A DNA stretch of 64,000 nucleotides, taken from NCBI GenBank assembly GCA_039799905.1, contig JBDLRP010000021.1, forward strand, positions 224,001-288,000, given 5' to 3'. The stretch comes from Pseudomonadota bacterium (GTDB taxonomy: Bacteria; Bdellovibrionota_B; Oligoflexia; Silvanigrellales; Silvanigrellaceae). A program made the translations under genes and the position numbers. The notes under the pieces were generated by a model, which saw nothing but the letters and a program-made list of their open reading frames with translations, made no database searches and was not told the DNA's origin. Positions 39,378-50,172 of the stretch are shown in pieces (position 1 is the stretch's first letter; the number at the start of each line of letters is the position of its first letter).

Positions 39378-40145
39378 ATGGAAGCGTTACTTTCATCTGA
39401 AATTCTTATGAGCCTCCTCACCTTGACGGTGATGGAGATTGTCCTCGGGATCGACAACATTATTTTCATCAGTCTTCTGGCCGGACGTCTTCCGCATGAC
39501 CAGCGCAAAAAAGCGCGTCAGTGGGGACTCGGTCTGGCAGCAGCCATGCGTGTCGGGCTTCTCTTTGGCGTTTCCTGGCTTGCCTCGCTGACCAACCCGC
39601 TCTTTCAAGTCGCGGGCAAAGACATCTCAATCAAGAGCCTCATTCTGCTCTCTGGCGGAATTTTCCTTCTCTACAAAGCGACCAAGGAAATCCATCACAA
39701 AATTGAGCTGGCCACCGACACTGGACCGTCAGCAAAACTGAGCCTCACGTTTGCCAGCGCAATCTCGCAAATCATTCTCATCGATTTGGTCTTTTCGATT
39801 GACTCCATCATCACCGCCATCGGCATGACCCAGAGTATTGTCGTGATGGTTGTCGCAAACCTGCTCGCACTCGCATTGATGATAATTTACGGCGGCACCA
39901 TTGGTGATTACGTCGACAAGCATCCTTCCATCAAAATGCTCGCACTAAGCTTTCTGCTGATGATTGGCGTTCTGCTTGTGGCCGAAAGTTTCAGCTACCA
40001 TATTCCGAAAGGCTACCTGTATTTTGCCATGGCCTTCAGCGTGATAGTGGAGATGTTGAATCTGCGCGCCGGTGCGCGTAAACATCCGCCTGCTCACCCA
40101 CCGGTTTCACACCCAGAACAGTCTCAAGCTCAGCAGTCGCCGTAG
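39378..40145 (+). CDS. TerC family membrane protein
   Basis: MEIVLGIDNIIFI, DLVFSIDSIITA, PKGYLYFAMAFS. Confidence 0.93.
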   Translation: MEALLSSEILMSLLTLTVMEIVLGIDNIIFISLLAGRLPHDQRKKARQWGLGLAAAMRVGLLFGVSWLASLTNPLFQVAGKDISIKSLILLSGGIFLLYKATKEIHHKIELATDTGPSAKLSLTFASAISQIILIDLVFSIDSIITAIGMTQSIVVMVVANLLALALMIIYGGTIGDYVDKHPSIKMLALSFLLMIGVLLVAESFSYHIPKGYLYFAMAFSVIVEMLNLRAGARKHPPAHPPVSHPEQSQAQQSP

Positions 40146-40669
40146 TGGTAGTCGATCACCGTGAAGAACATGGGTCCCCGCGGTGTGTCGATCTCAACTT
40201 CTTCGCCCTTCTTTGCCTTTAAGAGGCCTGCTCCGACTGGTGATTTCCAGGAAATCTTCTTCGCAGCCAAATCAATCTCGTCTTCGCCGACAATCTGATA
40301 CACGCGCCGCTGGCCATTCTCGTCTTCAATGGTCACCGTTGCGCCAAAGCGAATGCAGTCGGGGTTTTGCTCTTTGGGGTCAATCACCCGTGCCTGTTCG
40401 ACACGTTTGTTCAAAAAACGGACGCGCCGGTCGATTTCGCGCAGACGCTTCTTACCGTACTGGTATTCCGCATTTTCAGAGCGGTCGCCCTGCAGCACCG
40501 CCTGACGCACTTCATCAACCACACGAGGACGTTCTGTGCGCAACAAAAAATCAAGCTCATCCTTCAATTTCTTGAAGCCCGTGGGTGTGATGAGATTGTT
40601 GCGTTCAATGGTAGTTTGCGCTGGCTGTCCGTCAGTCTTGAACGATCTTCTTGGTGTTCTTCCTTGCAT
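40130..40669 (-). CDS. greB: Transcription elongation factor GreB
   Basis: GDRSENAEYQYGKKRLREIDRRVRFL, ISWKSP; AAGGAG RBS. Confidence 0.95.
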   Translation of the reverse strand: MQGRTPRRSFKTDGQPAQTTIERNNLITPTGFKKLKDELDFLLRTERPRVVDEVRQAVLQGDRSENAEYQYGKKRLREIDRRVRFLNKRVEQARVIDPKEQNPDCIRFGATVTIEDENGQRRVYQIVGEDEIDLAAKKISWKSPVGAGLLKAKKGEEVEIDTPRGPMFFTVIDYHYGDC

Positions 40670-42971
40670 GGCGGTCACTCCTTGCGGACCCCTCGGCCTG
40701 AGCAGAGGCTTTAAGGCTAAGCTGGTTGTCTTCTACGTCAACAACACAGTGCCCCCCCTTGGCAAGCGGACCAAAAAGCAATTCTTTTACAAGGCGTTGC
40801 TTGACCTCACGGTCCACAACCCGCTCCAACGGCCGTGCTCCCAAGGCCGGATCAAAGCCTTTTTCCTTAAGCCAATTCTTCGCCCGTTCTGTGACCGTTA
40901 GCGTGACCTTTTTGGAGGAAAGCGTCTCAGTCAGTGAGGACAACGATTTCTCCACAATCTGCAGCATGATGTCTTCACCCAGCCTGTGGAAACTCACCAC
41001 CGCATCGAGACGGTTGAAGAACTCCGGCGAAAAGTGCTTTTTCACCGCGTCCAGAGCACGTGCCTCCATGCTTTCCGGCATGAAGCCCAGCCCCTGTCCG
41101 CTCAGCTCACGGGCGCCAGCGTTGGAAGTCAGGATGATAATCGTGTTGCGGAAATCTGCGGTTCGGCCGCTGGCATCCGTAAGGCGTCCACTGTCCATGA
41201 CCTGCAAAAGAATATTGTGCACTTCTGAATGCGCCTTTTCGATTTCATCGAGCAGCACGACGCAGTAGGGCGTCTTGGTGACCGCCTCAGTCAGCAGCCC
41301 GCCCTCATCATAACCGACGTAACCCGGTGGAGCACCGACCAGCCGCGAGACCGTGTGACGCTCCATGTATTCACTCATGTCAAACCTGTGGAGAGTTACG
41401 CCAAGGCTCTTTGCAAGCTGTTTGGTGAGCTCGGTCTTGCCGACACCCGTCGGACCAGCAAAAAGGTAACAACCGATCGGCCGCATCGGGTGTGACAATC
41501 CGGAACGCGACATGTGAATGGCCGAGACGATGGTCTCGATTGCCGCATCCTGTCCGTAAATCGTGTTTTTGAGGTCTTTCTCAAGATTCTGCAGTTGCAT
41601 TTTTTGATCAGCACTCACCGAACGCTCGGGGATCTGCGCCATGGCCGCAACAACACGCTCAATGTCGCGCAACTGCACAGACGCAACAGACTTGCCTTTA
41701 GTGCCTTCCGAACGCAAAGAGACTTTTGCTCCGGCCTCATCAATGACATCCAGTGCCTTGTCAGGAAGAAAGCGACCGTGAATGTGCTGCACACTCAAAT
41801 CGACCGCTCCGCGCAGCGCGGACTTTGAATAAATCACACCGTGGTGCTCTTCGTAGCGTCCCTTCACTCCCTCAAGAATCAGAAGTGCCTCGTCCTTGCT
41901 AGGCTCACGAACCTCAATCTTTTGAAAACGCCGGCTCAGGGCACGATCTTTTTCGATGTGTGCGCGGAATTCTTTGAACGTAGTCGACCCGATGCAACTG
42001 AGTGTGGCGTCAGCAAGACTCGGTTTGAGAAGATTGGACGCGTCCATCGCACCGCCGCTTGTCGCACCTGCTCCAACCACAGTGTGAATCTCATCAATAA
42101 AAAGAATTCCGCGCGGACGTGCCTCAATCGCCTTCACGACACCCTTGAGCCGTTCTTCAAAATCTCCGCGGTAGCGTGTGCCTGCCAAAAGTGCGCCCAT
42201 ATCAAGCGAATAAATTTCTGCCGACAACAGCCGGTTGGGAACCTTCTTCTGAACAATTCGGGCCGCCAGACCATCGACGACAGCAGTTTTACCGACACCG
42301 GGATCGCCGACGAGAATCGGGTTGTTTTTGGTTTTTCGGCAGAGAATTTCGATCATGCGGTCAATAAGATCATCACGGCCGACAATAGGATTTATGCGGC
42401 CTTCAAGGGCTTTCTGATTGAGCAGCACACAGAACTTTGCCAGCACATCTTCTTTAGCCGATTCTCCCTGACTCGCCGCGGGAGTTTGCTCACGGGCTGG
42501 CTTGTCGGTTCCGCCGCGCTGAGCCCCGGTCAGGGCATGGGAGTAGTATTGAATCAATTCAAGCCGGTTCAATCCCTGTTCTTCGAGAAACCAAGCGGCA
42601 TGGCAGTCCGGCTCGTTAAATATTTCAATGAGGATTTTTCCGGTATCGACAACCTCGCGGCCCGCGCTGCGCACGCGCACCATGGTGCGGTGAATCAACC
42701 GCTCGAGAGCCAGCGTCATTGTCGGAGAATACGAGGATTCTCCTGTTTCGGAGTCAGACACATCAACGACGGGCGAATTGTCGTTGAGAAATTTCTTCAG
42801 CTCTTCGCGCAGAGGCTCGATACGGCCACCGCACGCTTCCACGATTTCCTTGACAGAATTATCATCCAGCAAAGAGAGCAGGAGGTGTTCGATAGTCAGA
42901 TATTCGTGGCGACTGTGCGTCGCAAATTGAAAGGCTGCACGGATGCATTTTTCCAGTTGTGGGCTGAGCAC
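40632..42971 (-). CDS. clpA: ATP-dependent Clp protease ATP-binding subunit ClpA
   Basis: Clp N-domain, [33 protein letters not shown]; directly after clpS. Confidence 0.96.
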   Translation of the reverse strand: MLSPQLEKCIRAAFQFATHSRHEYLTIEHLLLSLLDDNSVKEIVEACGGRIEPLREELKKFLNDNSPVVDVSDSETGESSYSPTMTLALERLIHRTMVRVRSAGREVVDTGKILIEIFNEPDCHAAWFLEEQGLNRLELIQYYSHALTGAQRGGTDKPAREQTPAASQGESAKEDVLAKFCVLLNQKALEGRINPIVGRDDLIDRMIEILCRKTKNNPILVGDPGVGKTAVVDGLAARIVQKKVPNRLLSAEIYSLDMGALLAGTRYRGDFEERLKGVVKAIEARPRGILFIDEIHTVVGAGATSGGAMDASNLLKPSLADATLSCIGSTTFKEFRAHIEKDRALSRRFQKIEVREPSKDEALLILEGVKGRYEEHHGVIYSKSALRGAVDLSVQHIHGRFLPDKALDVIDEAGAKVSLRSEGTKGKSVASVQLRDIERVVAAMAQIPERSVSADQKMQLQNLEKDLKNTIYGQDAAIETIVSAIHMSRSGLSHPMRPIGCYLFAGPTGVGKTELTKQLAKSLGVTLHRFDMSEYMERHTVSRLVGAPPGYVGYDEGGLLTEAVTKTPYCVVLLDEIEKAHSEVHNILLQVMDSGRLTDASGRTADFRNTIIILTSNAGARELSGQGLGFMPESMEARALDAVKKHFSPEFFNRLDAVVSFHRLGEDIMLQIVEKSLSSLTETLSSKKVTLTVTERAKNWLKEKGFDPALGARPLERVVDREVKQRLVKELLFGPLAKGGHCVVDVEDNQLSLKASAQAEGSARSDRHARKNTKKIVQD

Positions 42972-42976
42972 GCTCT

Positions 42977-43315
42977 TTACTCCCGTTCCAGAGTGGTCAG
43001 CAGCGGAAACCCGTGCTGCTTGGAAAAGTCATTCACCTGTCTGACTTTCGTTTCAGCTATTGAGAACGGAAACACTCCGGCGATACCCTTGCCAGTCTTA
43101 TGCACCAGTAACATGATTTGCACCGATTCCTGTTCATTTTTTCGGAAGAATTTCTGCAGAACGTGAATGACAAATTCCATCGGAGTGTAATCATCGTTGT
43201 TGAGAACGACCTTGTACATTGGCGGCTTTGCCAACTTCTCATCGGGAAGGGTTAGAACGTCATCGCGCCAGTCGTCTTTTGGATCCGACCCGAAAGGCTT
43301 TCCATCACCTGACAT
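42977..43315 (-). CDS. clpS: Clp protease adaptor ClpS
   Basis: [21 protein letters not shown]. Confidence 0.96.
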   Translation of the reverse strand: MSGDGKPFGSDPKDDWRDDVLTLPDEKLAKPPMYKVVLNNDDYTPMEFVIHVLQKFFRKNEQESVQIMLLVHKTGKGIAGVFPFSIAETKVRQVNDFSKQHGFPLLTTLERE

Positions 43316-43353
43316 GCTTTAAACCTCAAATCTGTCTGGGTACGTTAAACCGC

Positions 43354-43797
43354 TCACAGGTGACCTATCAAATCATGATGGGGCGGAATCACAAAAAGCT
43401 CAACGCGACCGACACCCGCCGCCAACAATCCAATCTTTGCCGCTGCTGCTTTCGACAAATCGATAATCCTTCCCTGAATAAAGGGGCCTCTGTCGGTCAC
43501 CCGCACAAACGCATAGCGGCCTGTCGCAGAACGGCGAACCAAAACAATCGTTCCGAACGGGAGAGTCGGATGAGCGGCTGTCATTTCCGACTCATTGTAA
43601 AGGTCGCCACTTGCGGTGCGACGCCCGACAAATTCACTCCCGTAATATGAAGCCCAACCACGCTCCGTGAGCTTCCACTCTGTTGGCACTTTTTCCTTTT
43701 TGACTTGCCGACCGAACGGCTGTAAAGATGCGCAACCACAGAGAAAATAAACCACTGTCGAAACTTTCGACAGTGCCGCAAGAAAAACTCTTTTCAT
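43354..43797 (-). CDS. rlpA: RlpA family septal ring lytic transglycosylase lipoprotein
   Basis: GWASYYG, TASG, TAAHPTLPFGT, DRGPF, RIIDLS. Confidence 0.93.
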   Translation of the reverse strand: MKRVFLAALSKVSTVVYFLCGCASLQPFGRQVKKEKVPTEWKLTERGWASYYGSEFVGRRTASGDLYNESEMTAAHPTLPFGTIVLVRRSATGRYAFVRVTDRGPFIQGRIIDLSKAAAAKIGLLAAGVGRVELFVIPPHHDLIGHL

Positions 43798-43893
43798 TGC
43801 GTTTTTTTCTCCTTTACTTACGGGCGAAAGTCATCTACCGCTGGCGTCCGTCCGGTGATCATAAATCACTGTTACGGGAATGGGGAGAACACC

Positions 43894-45111
43894 ATGGTTC
43901 GCTTGTTTGGCACGCTTCGCGCCCTCGCTACGGTTCCAATGGCGTTGTTTGCAGTTGTTAGCTGCGGTCAACCGCAAAAACAGTCTGATACACCTGCTCA
44001 GGTTCGTCCAATCAACTCGGCTTCACTCGATACCGTCAACCTGCCGCAAACTTCCGTGAAGTGGCAGAGTATTGGCAACTGCTGGGCGTACGCAGCACTC
44101 GGATGGGCGGAGTCGATGATTCTGCGCGGACCAGAAAGTGAAGAGCCAAACTTCTCTGAAACCTACGTCACCTACCGACACTATGAACTCCAATTGAGAG
44201 ATCGCTACATCAGCGAACTCCAGACAGGCGGCTCCTTTCAGGAAGCTGCCGAAATCTCCATCCGGTTCGGCTTGATGAAGGAGGGTGACTTTGCGCCTGA
44301 TGAGGCGAAAATGCCCAAAAGTCTGCGGCAAAAAATGGCAACAGATTATCTTAACAAAAGCTTGAAATCTGGCCTGCTTTCTCAATTCAGAGATTCCAAA
44401 ACAATCCGCAGCGAGCTCGATGCCGCTTTTGGAGTCGAGCTGGCTTCACTTCAGGATAAAATCATCCCTGCTTCTTCGTTGAAGGTTCCAGTCGGTCGCG
44501 GAGCAACAGCACCACTCGACGAAGTTATGCTCAGCTGGCGTGAAATTCATTGGCCGCTCGATTACGCCAACTACCCTTCCGACGGAATCGCTGAGCCGAC
44601 TGCAAAGTGGAATGGTAAAATCACCGATGAGCAAGCCCGCATCATGCGCCGTGTCATGCGCGCAATGAACGCAAAGTATCCGGTGGTCATCAACTGGTTT
44701 GTCGACTTCCGCGCCATGAACGACGAAGGTGTCTTCGACCTTGCGACGCTGCGGCAATACGTGGGCAACGGACGGCAGGGATACCACTCTACAGTTTTGG
44801 AAGACTACATCGCTGAGGGTATTGATCCGAGCACGAATCTGCCATTTGTCACTCCCGAAGGAGAAGCCTCTGACGAGCTCAAGTCGCTTGCAGTGCAATT
44901 CGGATCGGTCAAATCGCTGATTGTGAAGAATTCATGGGGCGGATCCGAACGTCTCGACCGACCGAGCTATTTCCGCGACGGAGAGAAGGGCTATCACAAA
45001 CTCGGCGTCGACTATCTTCTCGCGTTCCTTCCGCAGTTTGATGAAGAATCTGCACGCTTCCAAGGCTACACCACCGGTCTGAACAGCTTCATTCTTCCAC
45101 CCGGCTTCTAA
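43894..45111 (+). CDS. Papain-like (C1) cysteine protease lipoprotein
   Basis: Lipobox VVSC; QSIGNCW, GYHS, KNSWG; GGAG RBS. Confidence 0.8.
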   Translation: MVRLFGTLRALATVPMALFAVVSCGQPQKQSDTPAQVRPINSASLDTVNLPQTSVKWQSIGNCWAYAALGWAESMILRGPESEEPNFSETYVTYRHYELQLRDRYISELQTGGSFQEAAEISIRFGLMKEGDFAPDEAKMPKSLRQKMATDYLNKSLKSGLLSQFRDSKTIRSELDAAFGVELASLQDKIIPASSLKVPVGRGATAPLDEVMLSWREIHWPLDYANYPSDGIAEPTAKWNGKITDEQARIMRRVMRAMNAKYPVVINWFVDFRAMNDEGVFDLATLRQYVGNGRQGYHSTVLEDYIAEGIDPSTNLPFVTPEGEASDELKSLAVQFGSVKSLIVKNSWGGSERLDRPSYFRDGEKGYHKLGVDYLLAFLPQFDEESARFQGYTTGLNSFILPPGF

Positions 45112-45121
45112 TTCCGTGTGC

Positions 45122-46459
45122 CTAGAGAATGAAACCAAAGCCTAATTGCATGTAAGTCACGATGTCGTTCTGCTGGCCTTGTCCCGCATAGGAGATCTCT
45201 TCGGAGTATTTGTCTGTGCGGTAGGTGTTTCCGACAAGGCCTTCAAAAACAAAGCGTCGTGACTCAGTGAGGGGAAGACGCACTCCTGCGACTCCCGTCA
45301 AATGCAATCGAGTTGCAGTACCGGTCCCGCTGAGTTTTTCCCCTGGCTCCGTCTCATCTGACACTGTCACAGTTTCTTTGAACGACATCAAAACGCGTCC
45401 GCCCAAAAAGAAATTGCTCGCTGGTTGAAGCTCGGCTTCAGCACCCACCAATAAGCCACTTCTCGTCAGGGTTTGTGTGTTTTGTGGACTCGAGGAGCCG
45501 GCCAGCACCTGAAGAATTTCTGTTTGTTTTGAAAATGGTGACACAAAAACACCAACGCGTGGAAAGATCTTGAAATTCATCGGGTAGCGAAAAACCAAAT
45601 CGAGTTGGAGGTTCGTTCCCGTGGCAGAGGCATCTTGCACCTCATTGGAGACCGGTTTTTTGAAACTGAATTTCTCAGCATTCCAAGTGGCGTAATTGAA
45701 TCGCAAACCAATCATGTTGGTCCACGTTCCGGTCTTCAATTTTGGAACAAATGTTTCAAATGACCCGCCGAACCCACTCACAGGAATATTCAAAGCAAGC
45801 CCCGAGCGCACGTTGGCGGCTTGGTGCTGGGCATTTTGAATGACCGTAAACAACGGCAGCACAAAGGCATTTTCTGCGGGCAATAATTCCAAGGAGCCAG
45901 CACCCGATGCACTTCCGTCCGGAGCGGCCGCGGGGAGCTCGGATACTTTTACCGCGTTCAAGTTCAACGTCGTTTTTCCCGCTTCAGATCTGCGCGCGGG
46001 AGCGAAAACCCAGACTGAAATTCCTTTTTTGTTCTTTTGCACCTTCTGAAAAGTCATTTCAGCGACGACTTCAATTTGGTTGGCGGCTAAAACAAAATAA
46101 CACTCGCCCTTCGCGGGGGGGGGCTCGTTGGCCGGAGCGGGAAGTCCGATTGTCTTGCCACCCTTGTCCAGTCTGATTTTATATTTTTTGCCGACAGGCA
46201 CTGCAGAAAGAGTGCGCAGGCGCGTTGGATTCTCCATCTCTGGGGTTGCAGCCGGACACGGATTTGCGGGGGCTTTATTTGCATCGGATGCAGCGGCGCC
46301 ACTGGAAGATGTTGTGGCCGGATTGGGAGCAACTGAGGCAGCTGTCGATGGCTGTTGAGCGGGTGCGGTTGACTTTGCCTGCGCAAAAGCCCGCGCTGTC
46401 CACAGCGCAGACAGCACCAGCAAAAATCTTAGACTAGCAAGCCCTTGTCGGACGCCCAT
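45122..46459 (-). CDS. Hypothetical exported protein with a C-terminal beta-barrel
   Basis: Signal peptide AFA, Ala/Pro linker, amphipathic strands ending YMQLGFGFIL. Confidence 0.7.
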   Translation of the reverse strand: MGVRQGLASLRFLLVLSALWTARAFAQAKSTAPAQQPSTAASVAPNPATTSSSGAAASDANKAPANPCPAATPEMENPTRLRTLSAVPVGKKYKIRLDKGGKTIGLPAPANEPPPAKGECYFVLAANQIEVVAEMTFQKVQKNKKGISVWVFAPARRSEAGKTTLNLNAVKVSELPAAAPDGSASGAGSLELLPAENAFVLPLFTVIQNAQHQAANVRSGLALNIPVSGFGGSFETFVPKLKTGTWTNMIGLRFNYATWNAEKFSFKKPVSNEVQDASATGTNLQLDLVFRYPMNFKIFPRVGVFVSPFSKQTEILQVLAGSSSPQNTQTLTRSGLLVGAEAELQPASNFFLGGRVLMSFKETVTVSDETEPGEKLSGTGTATRLHLTGVAGVRLPLTESRRFVFEGLVGNTYRTDKYSEEISYAGQGQQNDIVTYMQLGFGFIL

Positions 46460-47277
46460 CTACGAAACTCCGACTCCAATTCGTCAAATGACGCAATCTC
46501 AAACAGAGTATCCTGCATGTGGTGAATATCAAAGGGACGCTGCGAGACAACCTCCGGTATAAACGGTTCTTTTTTGACGAGCCCACTTAAACTGTGTGGA
46601 ATCTCTCCCACCGACGAAACAATGCCGGCTCCATAAATTGTTGTCTCAGCTTCACGCCGCAGCGATGGCTTATGCGCATTCGCGTTCATCAGTCCAAATT
46701 CAACCGTGAACCAGTAAATTCTTCCAAGCCATGCCACTTCCTCTTCGCTGCGGGCCATGCTTCCCGCGAGCCCGTAGGCATGAAAAAACGACGCAAACCG
46801 CGGATTCGTAATCAGTGGGAGATGACCCATCAGGTCATGGAACATATCGGGAGCTGGCGTGTATTCGAGCTCGCTTGGATGACGGATGAAATCTGTGCAG
46901 GGAAAGCACTTGTTCGCCAGTAATTTGAAAAAAATATTTTCGGGAACATAACCCTCGACACGAATCACCCGCCAGCCCGTCGCCTTTTCAAGCCGCTCAC
47001 TGAGCGTGGCAAGCGAGGGCACCCGATCGGTCGGATAATTCATCAACCGACGGCCTTCGAGATACTCCGCACAAACGCGACCACCCAAAACTGAGCTCTG
47101 TCGTTTAAAGAGTTCTGCCCAAGTGGAGTGCTGCTCATTGGCGTAAATTGGCGGCTGAATAGCAGAACCGATGGTTCCCTCGGGAGATGGGCTTGGCATG
47201 ATTGGTGAGGACGGACGTGCCTTGAACTCAACCTCAGTTGATAACTTCCCTGCCGGAATTTGAGGAATGACGACCAT
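46429..47277 (-). CDS. phhA: Phenylalanine 4-monooxygenase
   Basis: YTPAPDMFHDLMGHLP, YWFTVEFGL, YGAGIVSS; GGAGG RBS. Confidence 0.93.
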   Translation of the reverse strand: MVVIPQIPAGKLSTEVEFKARPSSPIMPSPSPEGTIGSAIQPPIYANEQHSTWAELFKRQSSVLGGRVCAEYLEGRRLMNYPTDRVPSLATLSERLEKATGWRVIRVEGYVPENIFFKLLANKCFPCTDFIRHPSELEYTPAPDMFHDLMGHLPLITNPRFASFFHAYGLAGSMARSEEEVAWLGRIYWFTVEFGLMNANAHKPSLRREAETTIYGAGIVSSVGEIPHSLSGLVKKEPFIPEVVSQRPFDIHHMQDTLFEIASFDELESEFRRWASDKGLLV

Positions 47278-47393
47278 TTCAGTACCTCCGGACAACATCC
47301 TGAGCCTCCAAAGTCTGACCAAAGCGCAACTCACAGGCTTCAGAAGTGTCCGCCAACCATTCAGTCTTCTATCGGAAGACGTCCCAAAAACCT

Positions 47394-48359
47394 CTAGCGC
47401 CTCAAAAGAACCAATGATTCATTTAGCTTATAGAAAGCGTCACTGCCTTCATAGCAGAGAGACGGACTCTGCGCAAAACTCACAGGCTGTTGATCGTACA
47501 AAGAGCCGATGCGGCCCCGCAGATCCGAAGCCAGTGTATCGCCCTGCCGATGTCCAGTGCGATCGTTGCGCAGCACCAACACAGCACGTGGACGCAGACT
47601 CTCAACGGACTTCCAAAAATCATCCCAAAAATATTTGAGAACTCGAGTCTGACCGCGTCCGACACCAAACGCCGGCGGATCACAAACCCAGACGTCCGGA
47701 CACTCAGCCTTGCCCTCGGCAACCCGGCGTTCGAGCCGAGACAAATATTTTTGCGCAAGTTCGGGGATCACGGCAAAATCAACCTTGTTCAATGCCGCAT
47801 TACGTTTTCCCCACGTCAGCATTTCCGCGTTCGCATCGACATTGGCAGCACTCAGCGCACCAGCCCTGCATGCAACAACGGCAAATCCGCATGTGTACGA
47901 AAAAAGATTGAGTACACGGCTCTTTCTGTCAATCAAACTGCGCAGCGCCATCCGCGCAGGACGCGCGTCAGGGAACAAACCGAAATCGTTTTTGGAATCC
48001 GCACGCACTTCAAAAAAACAATCGTCCTCGCGTGCGATCCACTGCCCGCCGATTGCCGAACAGGGATCTAGATAATCAAAACCGCCCGCTGGAGATCGTA
48101 TTTTTCCGATCACTTGCCTTTCCGAAGAAAGGCAATCACGCAAAATTTCCAACAAAAATTCCGCGCGCGGAACCCACAGCGGATTGTAGACGGTGAGCAC
48201 AACCAACGGACCAAAAGAGTCTATCAGAACCCCCTCGATTCCATCCGGAAGTCCCGCGAAGTAGCGACCAATTTCCTCACCGGACTGCAAGCGCGGTTCA
48301 CGCTCTTGCCGTCGAATCAGAGCATTTTTGAAGAGTTCTTCAACTTGTTGTGCGTTCAC
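47394..48359 (-). CDS. Class I SAM-dependent methyltransferase (RlmI/RlmK-like)
   Basis: GLFPDAR, VLNLFSYTCGF, CDPPAF. Confidence 0.85.
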   Translation of the reverse strand: MNAQQVEELFKNALIRRQEREPRLQSGEEIGRYFAGLPDGIEGVLIDSFGPLVVLTVYNPLWVPRAEFLLEILRDCLSSERQVIGKIRSPAGGFDYLDPCSAIGGQWIAREDDCFFEVRADSKNDFGLFPDARPARMALRSLIDRKSRVLNLFSYTCGFAVVACRAGALSAANVDANAEMLTWGKRNAALNKVDFAVIPELAQKYLSRLERRVAEGKAECPDVWVCDPPAFGVGRGQTRVLKYFWDDFWKSVESLRPRAVLVLRNDRTGHRQGDTLASDLRGRIGSLYDQQPVSFAQSPSLCYEGSDAFYKLNESLVLLRR

Positions 48360-49174
48360 AAATGATGACTTTCCGAAGTGCTTCTCACGGGTGTCCTGAA
48401 CAATGTCAGTATGTGTGCTTTCGCAGGCTGCTGCAAGACGGGCACCCGGTTTGAAGTTGTGAAAGATTCAAACTCTCGCAACAAAGTTCCGCCGCTCGTC
48501 AAAACGTCATCAAGAAAAAGCAACGAGCAACCCTCATTCGCGAGCCCCTGCAAATCAGGTGAAAGATCGGCTCCGGCGACTTTAACTACGGTGCCGCGCT
48601 GTTGCAGTCTACCGATACGCAACCTGCGAATGTCAGAGCTGATGAATGCTTGCTTCCTTCCGAAGGTAGGAAACGGCATATGCACAGGTGGCAAAGAGTT
48701 TGGCCTAGACAATTGAAGGGAAATAATTTGTTGTCTCCAGAAGTCGGCAGGGTGCCACTGCAATGAAGAAATTCTGCGAACGCTGACCCTTGGAAGTACG
48801 ACGAGGCCGACTCGCTCCACGCGGATGATAGACAAGAGTCTCTGACGCGCCTGCGCTCCATACACCGAAAAAAATGCGGCAACCGCCGACGGATCTTGCG
48901 ACTCTTTTGCCTTTAAAAGCAGATTTCTGTGGTTGCCATAGTACTGATAAATCGATTGAACTGAAGAAAATTCACTGAGCATTTTGCAGGCACCGCAACA
49001 AGCAGCATCTCCGCAACGGGTGCACCCCGACCAAACGCGACCAGCGTGATCCTTCAAACAGGAAAAACAAACGTCGGCTTCGCTGACGGCAAACCGACCA
49101 ATAAGGGAATCACAGATTGCGCAGCGAGCTGTTGCGACCCGCAAGCGATGCAGCCAGCGGCGATGCGCCGCCAT
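48356..49174 (-). CDS. comF: ComF family protein (zinc ribbon + phosphoribosyltransferase motif)
   Basis: CAIC, CFSC, CTRC, CGAC; LLFLDDVLTSGGTL; start taken at ATG 49174. Confidence 0.75.
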   Translation of the reverse strand: MAAHRRWLHRLRVATARCAICDSLIGRFAVSEADVCFSCLKDHAGRVWSGCTRCGDAACCGACKMLSEFSSVQSIYQYYGNHRNLLLKAKESQDPSAVAAFFSVYGAQARQRLLSIIRVERVGLVVLPRVSVRRISSLQWHPADFWRQQIISLQLSRPNSLPPVHMPFPTFGRKQAFISSDIRRLRIGRLQQRGTVVKVAGADLSPDLQGLANEGCSLLFLDDVLTSGGTLLREFESFTTSNRVPVLQQPAKAHILTLFRTPVRSTSESHHL

Positions 49175-49634
49175 GGTGGTAGGGATGTTTGCTGCGGATT
49201 GTCTCACTGCGGTAGACCTGCTCCAATAAAACAACCAATGACAATTCGTGCGCCATCGTGGATTGCGAAAGTGACAGAAATTTTGCTTGCGGTGCAAATT
49301 GCTGAAGTGCCGAAGGCAAACCATAGGCGCCGCCAAATACAAACGCGACAACCCGCGCACCGCGATCACGTGCATCGGTGATTTCTGCGGCGAACTTCTC
49401 GCTCGAAATATTCTGACCGCGTTCATCAAGAAAAAACAACACACCCCTGTCATGAACAACTTTTTCACATTCCTTGATCAGAAACTGCTCGATGGCTTTT
49501 TCACTCTCGAGTGTGCGTGTGGGGGAAATGATCTTTGCGGGAGAAAAACGACCAATGCGCTGCAACAATTCATCAGACCACCCCTTTGCAGGGCCGCCGG
49601 AAAGTTTCCATGGTGTGATGAATTGATATTGCAT
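49110..49634 (-). CDS. rlmH: 23S rRNA pseudouridine-1915 N3-methyltransferase
   Basis: LDERG, FVFGGAYGL, LSLS, EQVYR, HPYH; follows rsfS. Confidence 0.92.
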   Translation of the reverse strand: MQYQFITPWKLSGGPAKGWSDELLQRIGRFSPAKIISPTRTLESEKAIEQFLIKECEKVVHDRGVLFFLDERGQNISSEKFAAEITDARDRGARVVAFVFGGAYGLPSALQQFAPQAKFLSLSQSTMAHELSLVVLLEQVYRSETIRSKHPYHHGGASPLAASLAGRNSSLRNL

Positions 49635-49685
49635 GCTGTCACCGGATCGGGTGGGCGATGGTCCGGCCGTGTCTACACAGTCGGC

Positions 49686-50171
49686 TTACAGTGATGCGCT
49701 TTCAGAATCTTCTGTTCCATGAACAGCTTTTTTAGGAAGCGCAGCTTTTATCTCTGAAAGAAGCTGCGCAAGCTCTTGTTCCGTGGGTGTCAGATAACGG
49801 CCTTTGCTCCAGAGTTTTTCAAGCGAATAAAGTTCCCGGGTGGGTTCCTGAAAAACGTGCACGAATAAAAATCCGTAGTCGAGCAGAATCCAAGTGCGTT
49901 GCTCACGGCCATCAACAGCAACTGGCTGCAGACCCAGTTCATCACGGAAAAACAAACGGATGTCTTCGGCAACAGCTGCAACCTGCCGCGCATTTGTTGC
50001 ACTTAAAATTGCAAAATATTCTGTGAAGGCACCCTGACTGCGCAGGTCGATTGCCAACGGTCTGGTTGCCTTTTTTTCAAGTCCAATGGCCAACGCCAGA
50101 TTGACGAGCTCTTCGCGCTCGAGAATGCGCTCACCCGCGCGAATCACCTGATCCACTTGTCCCTTTGCCAT
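49686..50171 (-). CDS. rsfS: Ribosome silencing factor
   Basis: EKKA, RQVAAVA, WILLDYG, VHVF, RELYSLEKLW. Confidence 0.93.
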   Translation of the reverse strand: MAKGQVDQVIRAGERILEREELVNLALAIGLEKKATRPLAIDLRSQGAFTEYFAILSATNARQVAAVAEDIRLFFRDELGLQPVAVDGREQRTWILLDYGFLFVHVFQEPTRELYSLEKLWSKGRYLTPTEQELAQLLSEIKAALPKKAVHGTEDSESASL

Positions 50172-50172
50172 G

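Noticed and set aside
41841..43166. 441 aa plus-strand ORF, and similar long antisense ORFs at 50344-51213, 30648-31355 and 4453-5178
   Set aside because: Shadow frames of clpA/clpS, obgE, fliF and mrcA with no motifs of their own
49175..49468. N-terminal extension of the ComF ORF
   Set aside because: Lies inside rlmH in another frame; ComF-like sequence starts near ATG 49174
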